Of a stretch of 64,000 nucleotides of DNA, positions 10,626 through 21,461 are shown in pieces. Position 1 is the stretch's first letter, and each line of letters opens with the position of its first letter. This DNA comes from an uncultured Bacilli bacterium (lineage in GTDB: Bacteria > Bacillota_I > Bacilli_A > RF39 > UBA660), in assembly GCA_944332295.1 (NCBI GenBank), contig CALVJR010000001.1, forward strand, positions 136,598 through 200,597. Reading direction: 5' to 3'. The translations under genes and the position numbers were made by a program. The notes under the pieces were generated by a model that searched no databases, was not told the origin of the DNA, and worked only from the letters and a program-made list of their open reading frames with translations.

Positions 10626-12506
10626 ATGATAGAGTTTGAAATACCATTTGTATGTTTAATTTTTACAACACTTATTTCCATAATTTTCTTTACTAAAAAG
10701 AAAGTTGATCTAGAAGAAAATTATTACTATAAAAATATATTAATCTTTACTCTTTTAGTAAATGCAACAAATTTTATATCTCATTATATGGCAAGTATTT
10801 TTGCTAAAGACTATATTAGTGATTGGTTTGCTATAGTATTTGCAAATATTAATAAATTAGGATCACTATTTATTGTAATTATAACAACCAATATCTTATC
10901 TTATATTTTATATATAAGTTTTGAAAAATATAGAAGAAATTTTGTAAGAAATAAGAAAATTAATTATATTTTTTACATAGTAGTAGGTATATTAATATTT
11001 TTATTAAAATTTGATGTATATAAAATAGGGGAAGTAACTAGTGGACGAGGATCAGCAGTCATTTTAACATTTAGTATTGTATTTCTTGATTTAATAGTAG
11101 CATTTATAATTGCTTTAACAAATATAAAGAAATATGACAAAAGATATTATGCGATTTACTTTATTATTCCTTTAATATTCTTACTAGGTATTTTTGTTAT
11201 GTTTCATCCCCAATTTAACATATATGATTTAATTTTAAGCTTGTTATGTTATTTGATGTATTTTACAATAGAAAATCCGGATATGAAAATGATTGTAGAA
11301 TTAAATACCGCCAAGGAACAAGCAGAACGTGCTAATCGAGCAAAAAGCGATTTTCTATCAAGCATGTCACATGAAATTCGTACTCCGTTAAATGCTATTG
11401 TAGGATTATCGGAAGACGTAAAAATGAGAAGCAACTGTCCCGAAGATATGAAAGAAGATTTAGAAGATATTGTATCTGCATCCAAAACGTTATTAGAGAT
11501 TGTTGGAAATATTATGGATATTAATAAAATAGAAAGTGATAAACTAGAAATCACAGAGGTATCTTATAATCCTAAAAAAGAAATAGAAACGCTAGCAAGA
11601 GTAGAAGGAACAAGAATAGGAGATAAACCAATTGATTATAAAATAAATATTGCTGAAGATATACCTTATCATTTAATTGGGGATAAATCACATATAAAAC
11701 AAATTATAAGTAACTTACTTTCTAATGCCATCAAATATACAGAAAAAGGGATAATAGAGTTAAACGTAAACTGTATTAACCAAGGAGAAAACTGTCTATT
11801 AATAATTAGTGTTAAAGACACTGGTAGAGGTATAAAATCAGAAGATATTAATAAATTATTTACTAAGTTCGAACGACTAGACGTAGAAAGAAACACAACA
11901 ACAGAAGGAACCGGGTTAGGATTAGCAATTACTAAAAAATTAGTAGAATTAATGAATGGATTGATTAATGTAGAAAGTAGATATAAAGAAGGTTCTATCT
12001 TCGTGGTACAAATTCCCCAAAAAATAGATATGCTGACAAAACCATTATCAGAAGAAGAATTACTAAACACAGCAGAAATTTTAATAAATGAAAAAATAAA
12101 CATAAGTAATAAAAAAGTATTAATTGTAGACGATAATAAACTAAACATTAAAGTAGCAAGAAGAAGTCTACAAGATTTTAACTTAGTAATAGAAGAATGT
12201 TATAATGGAAAAGAATGTCTAGAAAAAGTAAAGTCTGGAGAAAAATATGACTTAATTCTAATGGATATTATGATGCCGGAAATGAGTGGAGAAACTGCTT
12301 TAACTGAGTTAAAAAAGATAGACGGATTTAATACGCCTGTAATTGCTTTAACAGCAGATGCCATTGCAGGAGCAGAAGAAAAATATAAACAAGATGGATT
12401 TATAGATTATATAGCAAAACCGTTTACAAAAGATCAAATTAAGAAAAAATTAGATAAAATATTTAGAAAGCAAGAAGAACAGAACAATAATATAGAAATG
12501 CTATAA
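10626..12506 (+). CDS. Hybrid sensor histidine kinase with receiver domain
   Basis: Multi-TM N-terminus, [11 protein letters not shown]-box, [20 protein letters not shown], and receiver VDDN..MDIMMP..KP. Confidence 0.95.
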   Translation: MIEFEIPFVCLIFTTLISIIFFTKKKVDLEENYYYKNILIFTLLVNATNFISHYMASIFAKDYISDWFAIVFANINKLGSLFIVIITTNILSYILYISFEKYRRNFVRNKKINYIFYIVVGILIFLLKFDVYKIGEVTSGRGSAVILTFSIVFLDLIVAFIIALTNIKKYDKRYYAIYFIIPLIFLLGIFVMFHPQFNIYDLILSLLCYLMYFTIENPDMKMIVELNTAKEQAERANRAKSDFLSSMSHEIRTPLNAIVGLSEDVKMRSNCPEDMKEDLEDIVSASKTLLEIVGNIMDINKIESDKLEITEVSYNPKKEIETLARVEGTRIGDKPIDYKINIAEDIPYHLIGDKSHIKQIISNLLSNAIKYTEKGIIELNVNCINQGENCLLIISVKDTGRGIKSEDINKLFTKFERLDVERNTTTEGTGLGLAITKKLVELMNGLINVESRYKEGSIFVVQIPQKIDMLTKPLSEEELLNTAEILINEKINISNKKVLIVDDNKLNIKVARRSLQDFNLVIEECYNGKECLEKVKSGEKYDLILMDIMMPEMSGETALTELKKIDGFNTPVIALTADAIAGAEEKYKQDGFIDYIAKPFTKDQIKKKLDKIFRKQEEQNNNIEML

Positions 12507-12520
12507 CAAGAGGTGAAGGT

Positions 12521-13393
12521 ATGAAATTAGCAACAAATTGGAAAGACTATGAACTAATAAAAACATCTCGTGGTCAAAAGCTAGAACGATGGAAAGATAT
12601 TTATCTACTGAGACCAGATCCACAAGTAATCTGGGATCAAGGAGATTTATATGAAGAGTATCATAAAATACTACATGCTGTATATCATCGCAGTAATAAG
12701 GGTGGAGGAAACTGGGAAAATATAAAAAAAACACCCGAATCTTGGAAGGTAGAATATAAAGGGCTAATATTTAATATAAAGCAAATGGGATTTAAACATA
12801 CAGGACTATTCCCAGAACAAGCAGTAAACTGGGACTTTATGATAGATAAAATAAAAAAAGAAAACAGAAAAATAAAAGTATTAAACTTATTTGCCTATAC
12901 AGGAGGAGCAACCGTTGCCTGTCTTAGTGCAGGAGCCTCTGTTACACACGTAGATTCTTCTAGAGGTATGATAGACTGGTGTAAAGAAAATGTCAAAGAT
13001 AATGGACTAGAAGAAAAAGAAATTCGTTACTTAGTAGATGATGTTGTCAAATTTGTAGAAAGAGAAATTAGAAGAGGTAATAAGTATGATGCTATTGTTA
13101 TGGATCCACCAAGTTATGGACGTGGAGCCAATAAAGAAGTTTGGGATATTGAAAAAAGTCTAAACTACTTAGTAACACAATGTACTAAAATATTAAGTGA
13201 TAATCCGCTATTCTTTATAATAAACTCTTATACAACCGGACTTTCTAGCACAGTATTAGAAAATATATTAGAGCTTACAGTAAATCAGAAGAAAAAAGGT
13301 ATAATTACTTGTGGAGAAATAGGGCTAAAAGGAACCAAAGATAATTTAGTCTTACCTTGTGGAATATATGGAAGATGGGAAAAAAATGAATAA
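12521..13393 (+). CDS. SAM-dependent RNA methyltransferase (RlmI/RlmK-like)
   Basis: KHTGLFPEQ, LNLFAYTGG, MDPPSYG. Confidence 0.88.
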   Translation: MKLATNWKDYELIKTSRGQKLERWKDIYLLRPDPQVIWDQGDLYEEYHKILHAVYHRSNKGGGNWENIKKTPESWKVEYKGLIFNIKQMGFKHTGLFPEQAVNWDFMIDKIKKENRKIKVLNLFAYTGGATVACLSAGASVTHVDSSRGMIDWCKENVKDNGLEEKEIRYLVDDVVKFVEREIRRGNKYDAIVMDPPSYGRGANKEVWDIEKSLNYLVTQCTKILSDNPLFFIINSYTTGLSSTVLENILELTVNQKKKGIITCGEIGLKGTKDNLVLPCGIYGRWEKNE

Positions 13394-14060
13394 AATAAAT
13401 GTATTATATGAAGACAATCATATAATAGTAGTAGAAAAACCTATCAATATGTTAAGCCAAAGTGATAATACCAAAGATCAAGACTTATTAACTTTAGTAA
13501 AAGAGTACATAAAGGAAAAATATCATAAACCAGGCAACGTTTATATAGGGTTAGTTCATAGACTGGATAGACCAGTAGGCGGGCTAATGGTATTTGCTAA
13601 AACATCAAAAGCTGCGAAAAGACTATCAGAAGAAATTCGTTCTCATCAAATAAAAAAAACTTATTTAGCTATTGTAGAAGGATTAATAGAAGAAGATAAA
13701 GGAACATATTGTGACAAAATATTACGTCTAGAAAATGGAAATAGTGTAATAAATAGTCAAGGAAAAGAAGCTATATTAGATTACCAAGTATTAAAAAGAA
13801 ATAAAGAACAAAAAAAAACACTAGTAAAAATATTTTTAAAAACTGGTAGACATCATCAAATAAGAGTACAGTTTGCTTATCACAAACATCCTTTATGCGG
13901 TGATCAACGCTATGGTAAACAAGATAAGACACAAATTGCTTTATATGCTTATCAATTAGAACTTGTTCACCCTACAACGAAAGAAACTTTAAAATTTAAA
14001 AAATTACCACCTAGGATAGATCATTGGACACAATTTACAGTGTCAAGCGATGTACAATAG
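13386..14060 (+). CDS. RluA-family pseudouridine synthase
   Basis: VHRLDRPVGG, TGRHHQIRVQ, GDQRYG. Start placed at ATG 13386, overlapping the upstream gene end. Confidence 0.92.
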   Translation: MNKINVLYEDNHIIVVEKPINMLSQSDNTKDQDLLTLVKEYIKEKYHKPGNVYIGLVHRLDRPVGGLMVFAKTSKAAKRLSEEIRSHQIKKTYLAIVEGLIEEDKGTYCDKILRLENGNSVINSQGKEAILDYQVLKRNKEQKKTLVKIFLKTGRHHQIRVQFAYHKHPLCGDQRYGKQDKTQIALYAYQLELVHPTTKETLKFKKLPPRIDHWTQFTVSSDVQ

Positions 14061-14133
14061 ATAAAATGTTTGCAATTGCAAATATTTTTTGTTATCATAA
14101 TATTAGAATAAAAGTAGAGGGAGTCGATATAAT

Positions 14134-15222
14134 ATGGATTTTAGTTTAGACTGGTTTTTATCTATACCAGGATTATTAATAACAGGAGGAGTACTATTAT
14201 TTCTTATAGCATTTATTCTTTTAATTGTAACAATGTTAAAAAAGAAAAAAGAAAACAAGAGTACCGATGCAGCGGCACCTACTAATGCCAGTGCTACTAC
14301 TGCAGCCGCTACTCCAAACCCTGCAGTAACGCCAGGAACAATGCCAGCACCAGTAGCAGGAGCAACTAGTGCTGTACCAGAGATGACTTCTCCAAGTGTA
14401 ACAGGAGGATCAATTATGGATATTCCTACACCTATGACAGGTCAACCACAAGAAATGAATATGAATATGAATGCCAACATGAATGCTATGGCCATGGGAC
14501 CACAACCAATGCCACAAGCACCAATGAATGTAAGTGTAGAGCAGATGCCACCTCAGATGCCAATGGATACAATGGTACAACCACAACCAATGGCACCAAT
14601 CGAACCAATGGCTCAAGCAGTGCCAACACCTGAACCAATAGCACCTGTTACTCCAACACCAGAACCAATGGCAGTACAAGGAGTAGCACCAATACAAGAG
14701 ACTCCACAAGTACCAGTCGTTGATCCAATGGCACAGAATATTCAAACACCTGAAATTGCACCAACAATACCAACAGAAACACAACAAACACCTGTAATGC
14801 CAACAGTAGAGCCTATTGCACCACAAGAAGCTACACCAGAACCTATTGCTCCAGTAGCACCAATGCCTGAGGAGCCTGCGATGCCAACGGTAGAGCCTAC
14901 TATGCCAGTACAACCTGAAATGCCAAATATACAAACAGCTGCACCAGTAGAGCAACCATTTGTAGAACAGGCACCAGTACAACCTCAACCAACAACTGGA
15001 CCAGTAATTTACGGAGGAGCAAATCCTATTGTACCTGAGATAAATATTAATGAAACACAACATCAAATTTATGGAGGAGCAAATCCTTTAGAAAACACAC
15101 AATCTATTCCAATTTCTAATTTAGCTGGACAACAAAATGTAGTACAAACACCACAGCCAGAACCAACAATGGTAACACCACAAGTTGCTCCAGTAACAGA
15201 AACGAATAATATAGGACAATAA
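14134..15222 (+). CDS. Membrane-anchored Pro/Met/Gln-rich disordered protein
   Basis: One N-terminal TM helix plus KKKK, low-complexity PEP/MAP repeats, two IYGGANP motifs. Confidence 0.8.
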   Translation: MDFSLDWFLSIPGLLITGGVLLFLIAFILLIVTMLKKKKENKSTDAAAPTNASATTAAATPNPAVTPGTMPAPVAGATSAVPEMTSPSVTGGSIMDIPTPMTGQPQEMNMNMNANMNAMAMGPQPMPQAPMNVSVEQMPPQMPMDTMVQPQPMAPIEPMAQAVPTPEPIAPVTPTPEPMAVQGVAPIQETPQVPVVDPMAQNIQTPEIAPTIPTETQQTPVMPTVEPIAPQEATPEPIAPVAPMPEEPAMPTVEPTMPVQPEMPNIQTAAPVEQPFVEQAPVQPQPTTGPVIYGGANPIVPEININETQHQIYGGANPLENTQSIPISNLAGQQNVVQTPQPEPTMVTPQVAPVTETNNIGQ

Positions 15223-15260
15223 AAAGCTTCAAAGCTTTTTTTCTTTATCAGAGTATCTTT

Positions 15261-15782
15261 ATGCTAAAAAAAATTGTATTAATACTCTATGTAATAATCA
15301 TAGGAATAGCAATTGGAGTTATTGTGGTATCAATGAATAGAAACGAACAAGGACTAATACAATTTGGAAATACCATATTAGTAGAAGTTGAAAATAATGT
15401 ATTAGAACCAAAACTTGTAAAAGGAGACTTAGTCTTAGTAAACACAGAAGAACAAAAAGTACAAGAGAAGGATATTATTACCTATTTTACTTTAGAGAAT
15501 CAAAAATCAGAAATTCGTACGAACGAAATAGCAGCCATTACAGAAGATGTAAACGGAGTAACAATTTACTCATTAAAAAAAGAAGATGGAACAATTGAAA
15601 ATATTGATGATAGCTGTATTATAGGAACATATAAATTATCGATACCTTATGCCGGTACAATTTTAAATTACATATTATCAAAAGATGGATTTTTAACGGT
15701 AACCTTAGTACCAGCAATAATTTTATTTTTAATAATGTTATTAAAATTTGTAATGGAAGTAAGTCCCAAAAAACAGATGTAA
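15261..15782 (+). CDS. Degenerate SipW-like protein
   Basis: LEPKLVKGDLV, KDIITY, IIG..IPYAG and terminal TM helices match the SipW layout, but the catalytic Ser and His positions read NNVL and RTNE. Confidence 0.6.
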   Translation: MLKKIVLILYVIIIGIAIGVIVVSMNRNEQGLIQFGNTILVEVENNVLEPKLVKGDLVLVNTEEQKVQEKDIITYFTLENQKSEIRTNEIAAITEDVNGVTIYSLKKEDGTIENIDDSCIIGTYKLSIPYAGTILNYILSKDGFLTVTLVPAIILFLIMLLKFVMEVSPKKQM

Positions 15783-15803
15783 GACCTGAATAGGTCTTTT
15801 TAT
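15781..15803 (+). terminator. Intrinsic terminator
   Basis: AAGACCT-gaat-AGGTCTT followed by T-tract. Confidence 0.65.
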
Positions 15804-15876
15804 TTATTAAGTGAACAAAAAGAAATTTAAGTTTACTTAATAAAGATGTCTTGATATAATGACAATAGGTGATTAC

Positions 15877-17022
15877 ATGAAGAAAGTAGCGATATTATCA
15901 TTACATTTAGGTTATGGAGGAATAGAAAAATCCGTTGCCGCTTTAGCCAATATTTTATGTAAAAAATATGAAGTGGAAATTGCATGCACATATCAATTAT
16001 ATGAAAAACCAGGATTTAAAATTGATGATAGAGTAAAAATCACTTATCTTGTAAAAAACTATGTCCCAAACAAAAAAGAGTTAAAAGAAAGTTTAAAAAA
16101 GAAAAAATTAATTTCTGCATCTAAAGAAGGTTTAAAATCAGTAAAAATACTTTATCTAAGAAGAAAAACTATGGTAGATTATATAAAAAATAGTGATGCA
16201 GATTATATAATTTCTACGAGAGACATTTTTGATCGCTGGTTAGGAGATTATGCTAATACTGATACGGTAAAAATTGGTTGGGAACATAATCATCACCATA
16301 ATAATAAAAAATATGCAATAAATATTATTCGTTCTTCTTGGAACTTAGACTATCTAGTTTTAGTATCTAAAGACCTTACAAAGTTTTATAAGAATGAAAT
16401 GCGTAAATCTAAATGTACTTGTGTATATATACCTAATGTCTTAGATTACATTCCAAAAAAACTAGCTCCATTGCAAGAAAAGAGACTAATTTCTGTAGGA
16501 AGACTATCTAAAGAAAAAGCTCCAGATGACTTAGTAAAAATCTTCAATCTATTGTCAAAGAAACATCCAGATTGGCATCTAGATATCATAGGTGATGGAG
16601 AAGAAAGAGAAAAAATAGAACTATACATAAAAAAACATAAATTAGAAGATAAAGTAACCTTACATGGTTTTCAAAATAAAGAATATATTGATAAATATTT
16701 ACAAAAATCTTCACTGTACATAATGACCTCTCTAACCGAGTCTTTTGGAATTGTCTTGTTAGAAGCAATGTCACATGGTATACCTTGCGTTGCTTTTTCA
16801 TCAGCAGAAGGAGCTAGAGAAATAATTACAAGTGGAAAAAATGGCTATCTGATAAAAAACAGAAATTATGGTGCCATGATAAAAAAAATAGAAGACATAA
16901 TGAAAAAAGAAGATATTAGAAAACAACTAGGAAAAGAAGCAAGAAAAAGTATTAAAAAATATACGAAAGAAGTAGTACAAGAAGATTGGTATGAATTATT
17001 AGAAAAGAAGGTAAAAAAATGA
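15877..17022 (+). CDS. GT4 glycosyltransferase
   Basis: GYGGIEK, VGRLSKEK, ESFGIVLLEAM. Start placed at ATG 15877 after AGGTGA. Confidence 0.92.
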   Translation: MKKVAILSLHLGYGGIEKSVAALANILCKKYEVEIACTYQLYEKPGFKIDDRVKITYLVKNYVPNKKELKESLKKKKLISASKEGLKSVKILYLRRKTMVDYIKNSDADYIISTRDIFDRWLGDYANTDTVKIGWEHNHHHNNKKYAINIIRSSWNLDYLVLVSKDLTKFYKNEMRKSKCTCVYIPNVLDYIPKKLAPLQEKRLISVGRLSKEKAPDDLVKIFNLLSKKHPDWHLDIIGDGEEREKIELYIKKHKLEDKVTLHGFQNKEYIDKYLQKSSLYIMTSLTESFGIVLLEAMSHGIPCVAFSSAEGAREIITSGKNGYLIKNRNYGAMIKKIEDIMKKEDIRKQLGKEARKSIKKYTKEVVQEDWYELLEKKVKK

Positions 17023-17492
17023 AAAGGCAGGTATTATTTATTTCTTCTACCGGAGGACATCTAGACGAATTAATGCAATTAAAACCATTATTTGCAAAAT
17101 ATGACTATCATATTATTACAGAAAAAACAAAATCAAATTTAAAGTTAAAAGAAAAATATAAAGACAAGATTGGATTTTTAGTATATGGAACCAAACTACA
17201 TAAGTTTTCTTATGTGTTTAAGCTACTATATAATTGCTTTAAAAGTCTATATTTCTATATTAAGTTCCACCCGGACTATATTATAACAACAGGTACTCAT
17301 ACAGCTGGGCCAATGTGCTGTATCGGAAAAATATTAGGAAGTAAAATTATTTATATTGAGACATTTGCAAATATCAATACCAAAACTTCAACAGGAAAAT
17401 TAATTTATAAGTTTGCAGATCATTTCATTGTCCAATGGCCTTCTATGAAAAAATTATATCCTAAAGCAATAGACGGGGGATGGATATATTAA
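17019..17492 (+). CDS. PssD/Cps14F (Alg14-like) glycosyltransferase subunit
   Basis: SSTGGHLDEL, ITTG, IYIETFA, VQWP. Confidence 0.9.
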   Translation: MKRQVLFISSTGGHLDELMQLKPLFAKYDYHIITEKTKSNLKLKEKYKDKIGFLVYGTKLHKFSYVFKLLYNCFKSLYFYIKFHPDYIITTGTHTAGPMCCIGKILGSKIIYIETFANINTKTSTGKLIYKFADHFIVQWPSMKKLYPKAIDGGWIY

Positions 17493-18376
17493 TGATATTT
17501 GTAACATTAGGAACACAAGATAAAACATTTGAAAGACTTTTAAAAGCAATAGATAAAGCAATTGAAAATGGTGAAATAAAAGAAAAAGTAATAGTACAAG
17601 CCGGAAATACAAAATACGAATCAAACAATATGGAAATATTCGATTTAATTAGCCAAGATGAATTTCAAAAGTTAGTAGATAAATGTGACCTATTAATTAC
17701 GCATGGTGGAGTAGGATCAATTTTATCAGCGGTAAAGCAAGGAAAAAAAGTAATCGCAGCAGCAAGGCTGAAAAAGTATAATGAACATGTAAATGACCAT
17801 CAAAAACAAATTATTCATGAATTCGAAAAAGAAGGATACCTAATCGAATTAAAAGATTTTAATCAAATAGGAAAAACGATAAGAAAAGCAGAAAATTTTA
17901 AGCCTAATAAATTTAAATCAAACACAAATAATATGATTAATTTAATAGAAGATTTAATAGAAAACGATAATCATATCTCATGGTACAATAAAATAAAAGA
18001 AATTTTATGGTATGGATTTTTTGGCATACTAACAACATTAATTAATATTGTTAGTTTCTATTTATTAGACAAGACAGGAATGAATGTCTATATAAATAAT
18101 TTAATAGCCTGGATTCTATCAGTATTATTTGCCTTTATAACGAATAAGCTATTTGTATTTAATTCAAAATCACTAGACAAAACAATAGTTATGAAAGAAA
18201 TAATTTCCTTTTTCTTCTTTAGAATCTTATCATTAGGTATTGATATGGCAGGAATGTATATTTGTATCAGTCTATTACATATAGATAAATTAGTATCAAA
18301 AATAATCATGAATATAATTGTCATAGTTTCTAACTATATATTCAGTAAAATTTTTATTTTTAAGAACAAAGAGTAG
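17492..18376 (+). CDS. PssE/Cps14G (Alg13-like) glycosyltransferase fused to a GtrA domain
   Basis: MIFVTLGTQ, THGGVGS, EHVNDHQ. C-terminal 4-TM GtrA-like region (YGFFGILTTLIN..FITNKLFVF..NYIFSKIFIF). Confidence 0.85.
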   Translation: MIFVTLGTQDKTFERLLKAIDKAIENGEIKEKVIVQAGNTKYESNNMEIFDLISQDEFQKLVDKCDLLITHGGVGSILSAVKQGKKVIAAARLKKYNEHVNDHQKQIIHEFEKEGYLIELKDFNQIGKTIRKAENFKPNKFKSNTNNMINLIEDLIENDNHISWYNKIKEILWYGFFGILTTLINIVSFYLLDKTGMNVYINNLIAWILSVLFAFITNKLFVFNSKSLDKTIVMKEIISFFFFRILSLGIDMAGMYICISLLHIDKLVSKIIMNIIVIVSNYIFSKIFIFKNKE

Positions 18377-18393
18377 AATAACTCTTTTTTTTT
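18368..18393 (+). terminator. Intrinsic terminator
   Basis: AAAGAGT/ACTCTTT stem with a long T-tract. Confidence 0.6.
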
Positions 18394-18479
18394 CGACTAA
18401 ATTTGTCAACCAACAAGACTATATCTATACAAAAAAACAAAAAAATGATACGATATATAATGATAGGATAGGTGGTAAA

Positions 18480-19046
18480 ATGCCAAAAAGAATCAAAGTT
18501 TTATTTAGTTTAAGCGCATTCTGTATCGTTTTAGGTCTGGTTTTAAATTTTACAACAAGTCTAAAACACGATAAGGAAGAAGTAGCCTCAAGAATGAAAA
18601 CGATTAACGCGGCATATGAAGTTTTTAAGAAAGAAACAGAACAATTTAGTACAACAAGAGACAATTTATATGACAATGTATTTTCAGAGCTATATTTTGA
18701 GACATTGAATCAGACTATTCCAGGTTGCCTAGAAGAATTACAAAAATATGAAATTGTATTAGATGAAGTAGGAAAAGAAGCAGAAAAATTAAAAAATAAT
18801 TGTGAAGATATCTATTTTCCCTCATCAGATGTTAATACCAAATGTAAAACAGCAACAACTACTTATGAAGAAATGTTTAACTACTTTATTAATGATATAA
18901 CACAAGTGAATCAAAATATTGAAGAATATAATAAATACAATCAAGATAATCAAACAGGAGTTGCTCCAGTTCAAAAATATAATACAACAAAAAAATATAT
19001 AGATTTTGATGAAGATAAAAAATACACTGGAAAGGAAGAATTTTAG
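18480..19046 (+). CDS. Hypothetical membrane-anchored helical protein
   Basis: N-terminal TM helix, 188-aa ORF. Confidence 0.7.
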   Translation: MPKRIKVLFSLSAFCIVLGLVLNFTTSLKHDKEEVASRMKTINAAYEVFKKETEQFSTTRDNLYDNVFSELYFETLNQTIPGCLEELQKYEIVLDEVGKEAEKLKNNCEDIYFPSSDVNTKCKTATTTYEEMFNYFINDITQVNQNIEEYNKYNQDNQTGVAPVQKYNTTKKYIDFDEDKKYTGKEEF

Positions 19047-20146
19047 TGATGAATAACAATGAAGAAATAAAAACAGTAAATATAATTTCTCCTGAACCAG
19101 AAAAAGAACATAAAAAAAGAAAAAAATGGAGTAAAAAGAAAAAAGTAACTATTATTTTAGGAAGTGTTTTTACAGTTGGATTAGCCACATTTTTATTCTT
19201 ATTTTACGGTCCATGGCCAGGATTTAGAAATTTCTGGATTACTAGTGCAATGACGACGATGTCTCATCGCTATCTAGCAACTTGGTTCTATAGTGACGAG
19301 ACAATACAGAAGGTATTAGAAAACAACAAAATTATTGAAGTGGGAGAAGTATCAGATCCAGATTTGATTAAGTTTAAAAAATATAATGGAAATATGTTAA
19401 TATTTAAAAATAAATACGAAAAAGAGATATTGACTAAAGACAAAGATAATGATTTATATAAAATCATCGATATTAATGGGCCTACTTATCAAGGTTTTTT
19501 AGTAGCAATCTATGATCCATCCAAAGTCTCTATCGCAACTGCACAGTATCTAGGAACAAGAGGAGAAGCAATTACAGATGTTGCGAAAAGAGAAGGTGCT
19601 GTAATCGCTATGAACGCAGGAGGGTTCTATGATCCTGATTGGAATTCAAATGGAGCCATGCCACATGGTACAGTAATTAAAGACGGAAAAATTGTAAGTG
19701 ATTTTCAAGATGCCAACATGGGTGGAGGATTTATAGGATTTACAAACGATAATAAATTAGTATTAGGAAAAATGACCAAAGAAGAAGCCTTAGAAGTAGG
19801 ATATAGAGACGCGATAGAATTTGGTCCATTCTTAATAGTAAATGGAAAAAGTTCATTTATTAAAGGAAATGGTGGCTGGGGAATTGCACCGCGTACTGCT
19901 ATAGGGCAAAGAAAAGATGGTATCGTATTATTTTTAGTAATTAACGGAAGATTACCAAACAGTATTGGCGCTGATATGGTAGATTTAACAGAAATTATGG
20001 AAAACTATGGTGCTTATAATGCAGCTAATTTAGATGGAGGATCATCAACCGAATTAGTAGTGAATAATAAAATTATTAACACTCCAGTAGCAGGTGGAAC
20101 AAATGGTCTAAGAGATATGCCAACATTCTGGGTAGTGAAAGAATAA
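19046..20146 (+). CDS. Phosphodiester glycosidase (NAGPA/EpsL-like) family protein
   Basis: MNAGGF, PRTAIGQ, NLDGGSS, N-terminal TM helix. Confidence 0.88.
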   Translation: MMNNNEEIKTVNIISPEPEKEHKKRKKWSKKKKVTIILGSVFTVGLATFLFLFYGPWPGFRNFWITSAMTTMSHRYLATWFYSDETIQKVLENNKIIEVGEVSDPDLIKFKKYNGNMLIFKNKYEKEILTKDKDNDLYKIIDINGPTYQGFLVAIYDPSKVSIATAQYLGTRGEAITDVAKREGAVIAMNAGGFYDPDWNSNGAMPHGTVIKDGKIVSDFQDANMGGGFIGFTNDNKLVLGKMTKEEALEVGYRDAIEFGPFLIVNGKSSFIKGNGGWGIAPRTAIGQRKDGIVLFLVINGRLPNSIGADMVDLTEIMENYGAYNAANLDGGSSTELVVNNKIINTPVAGGTNGLRDMPTFWVVKE

Positions 20147-20274
20147 TTCGCAACCATTGACGATAACAAAAAATTATAGTAAAATAATAAACCAAAATAT
20201 TATAAAAACACTACACCTATCATAAGATAAAGACGAGAAAATAAGAAAAGTAACAAAAAGAAACTGGTGATAGA

Positions 20275-20826
20275 ATGGAACTATATTTAAGAAAAGTAAC
20301 AATATTCGATGAGAAATTAGTAGATGATTTTGCTAGAGAACATTATGCCTTAAAAGAAACAGTACAAGCAGGAGATTGTTCTCTAATTTTGGGAAAAACA
20401 TATGAAGAATATGAGAACTTCTACGATTGGTTCAAAGAAGAAGAAAAACTAGATCAAGAAGAAAATTTAAAAAAAGGGCAAGTGGGATGTACTACTTATC
20501 TAGTATTAACAAAAGAAGATGATGAGCTAATTGCTTTATTAGATATGAGACATAGCCTAAATTTTAAACATGGTTCTGTTTATGGACACATAGGAATAGA
20601 TATTAGACCAACAAAGAGAAACAAGGGTTATTATAAAGAAATATTAAAATTATCAGTAGAATTAGCCAAAGAATTAAAAATGGAGAAATTAGTAATTGCC
20701 TGTGATTATACAAATATCCCATCAAAAAAAGGAATAGAGCATATCTTTGGTAATAAATATCAGACAATCCCTGTAGAAGGTACCTATTATTTAGTTTATG
20801 AAAAGAATCTAAGAAAGAAGGGGTAA
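20275..20826 (+). CDS. GNAT acetyltransferase
   Basis: GHIGIDIRPTKRNKGY..N..S motif. Confidence 0.8.
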   Translation: MELYLRKVTIFDEKLVDDFAREHYALKETVQAGDCSLILGKTYEEYENFYDWFKEEEKLDQEENLKKGQVGCTTYLVLTKEDDELIALLDMRHSLNFKHGSVYGHIGIDIRPTKRNKGYYKEILKLSVELAKELKMEKLVIACDYTNIPSKKGIEHIFGNKYQTIPVEGTYYLVYEKNLRKKG

Positions 20827-20827
20827 G

Positions 20828-21244
20828 ATGTTTTATATTTTAGACTATGAAAGAGTAAGCGAAGATATCATAGAAGCTTGTGGAAGCATAGGAATCGCAG
20901 GATTAATTAATATTGTAAAAACAGTATTATCTTTAATTCAGATAATTGGGCCAATTCTTTGCATGATTGCTCTAACTATAAATTTTATAAAATTAATGTC
21001 AAATCCAGATGAAAAAAAATATAAACCAATAATAAAAAATTGTATTATGGCATTAGTAATATTATTTATGGTACCACTAATTATTAATGTGGTGATGAGG
21101 TTTGCAGATGAGTCTTTTGATTTAGCAAAATGTTGGAATAATGCAGAAGATGTAGTAGAGCTTGGAGAAGATAGTCAATATGTTGACACATCAGAAGAAC
21201 CACCACAATCTATCTTACCAGATACACAAGGAACATCTTCATAA
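20828..21244 (+). CDS. Two-TM pilin-like (TrbC/VirB2-like) membrane protein
   Basis: Two hydrophobic helices separated by a short charged loop (SNPDEKKYK). Family call is inferred. Confidence 0.5.
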   Translation: MFYILDYERVSEDIIEACGSIGIAGLINIVKTVLSLIQIIGPILCMIALTINFIKLMSNPDEKKYKPIIKNCIMALVILFMVPLIINVVMRFADESFDLAKCWNNAEDVVELGEDSQYVDTSEEPPQSILPDTQGTSS

Positions 21245-21461
21245 AATAAGTATATAAAATTTTTTAAAACAAAAGAAATAAGTAAACAATTTTAGAAAAA
21301 ATCCGACACACAAAATGATGAAAAATGTAATATGAGTATGGATAATATAGAAATAACACGATATAAAATAATAAGAAACTGTAGATAGTAATAATCATAC
21401 AGTTTTTTAATGAAAAAAAGTAAAAAATAGGATATAATGAAAATATAAGGGAGGAAACAAG

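Noticed and set aside
14410-15066. 218-aa Cys/Trp/His-rich minus-strand ORF
   Set aside because: Antisense shadow of the Pro-rich gene's repetitive CCA codons.
14400-15200. Repetitive DNA as a CRISPR array or tandem repeat element
   Set aside because: Imperfect coding repeats with no constant repeat-spacer period. No CRISPR array was seen anywhere in the window.
20828-21244. Pilin-like gene as part of a conjugation system
   Set aside because: Isolated among housekeeping genes with no other transfer genes nearby.
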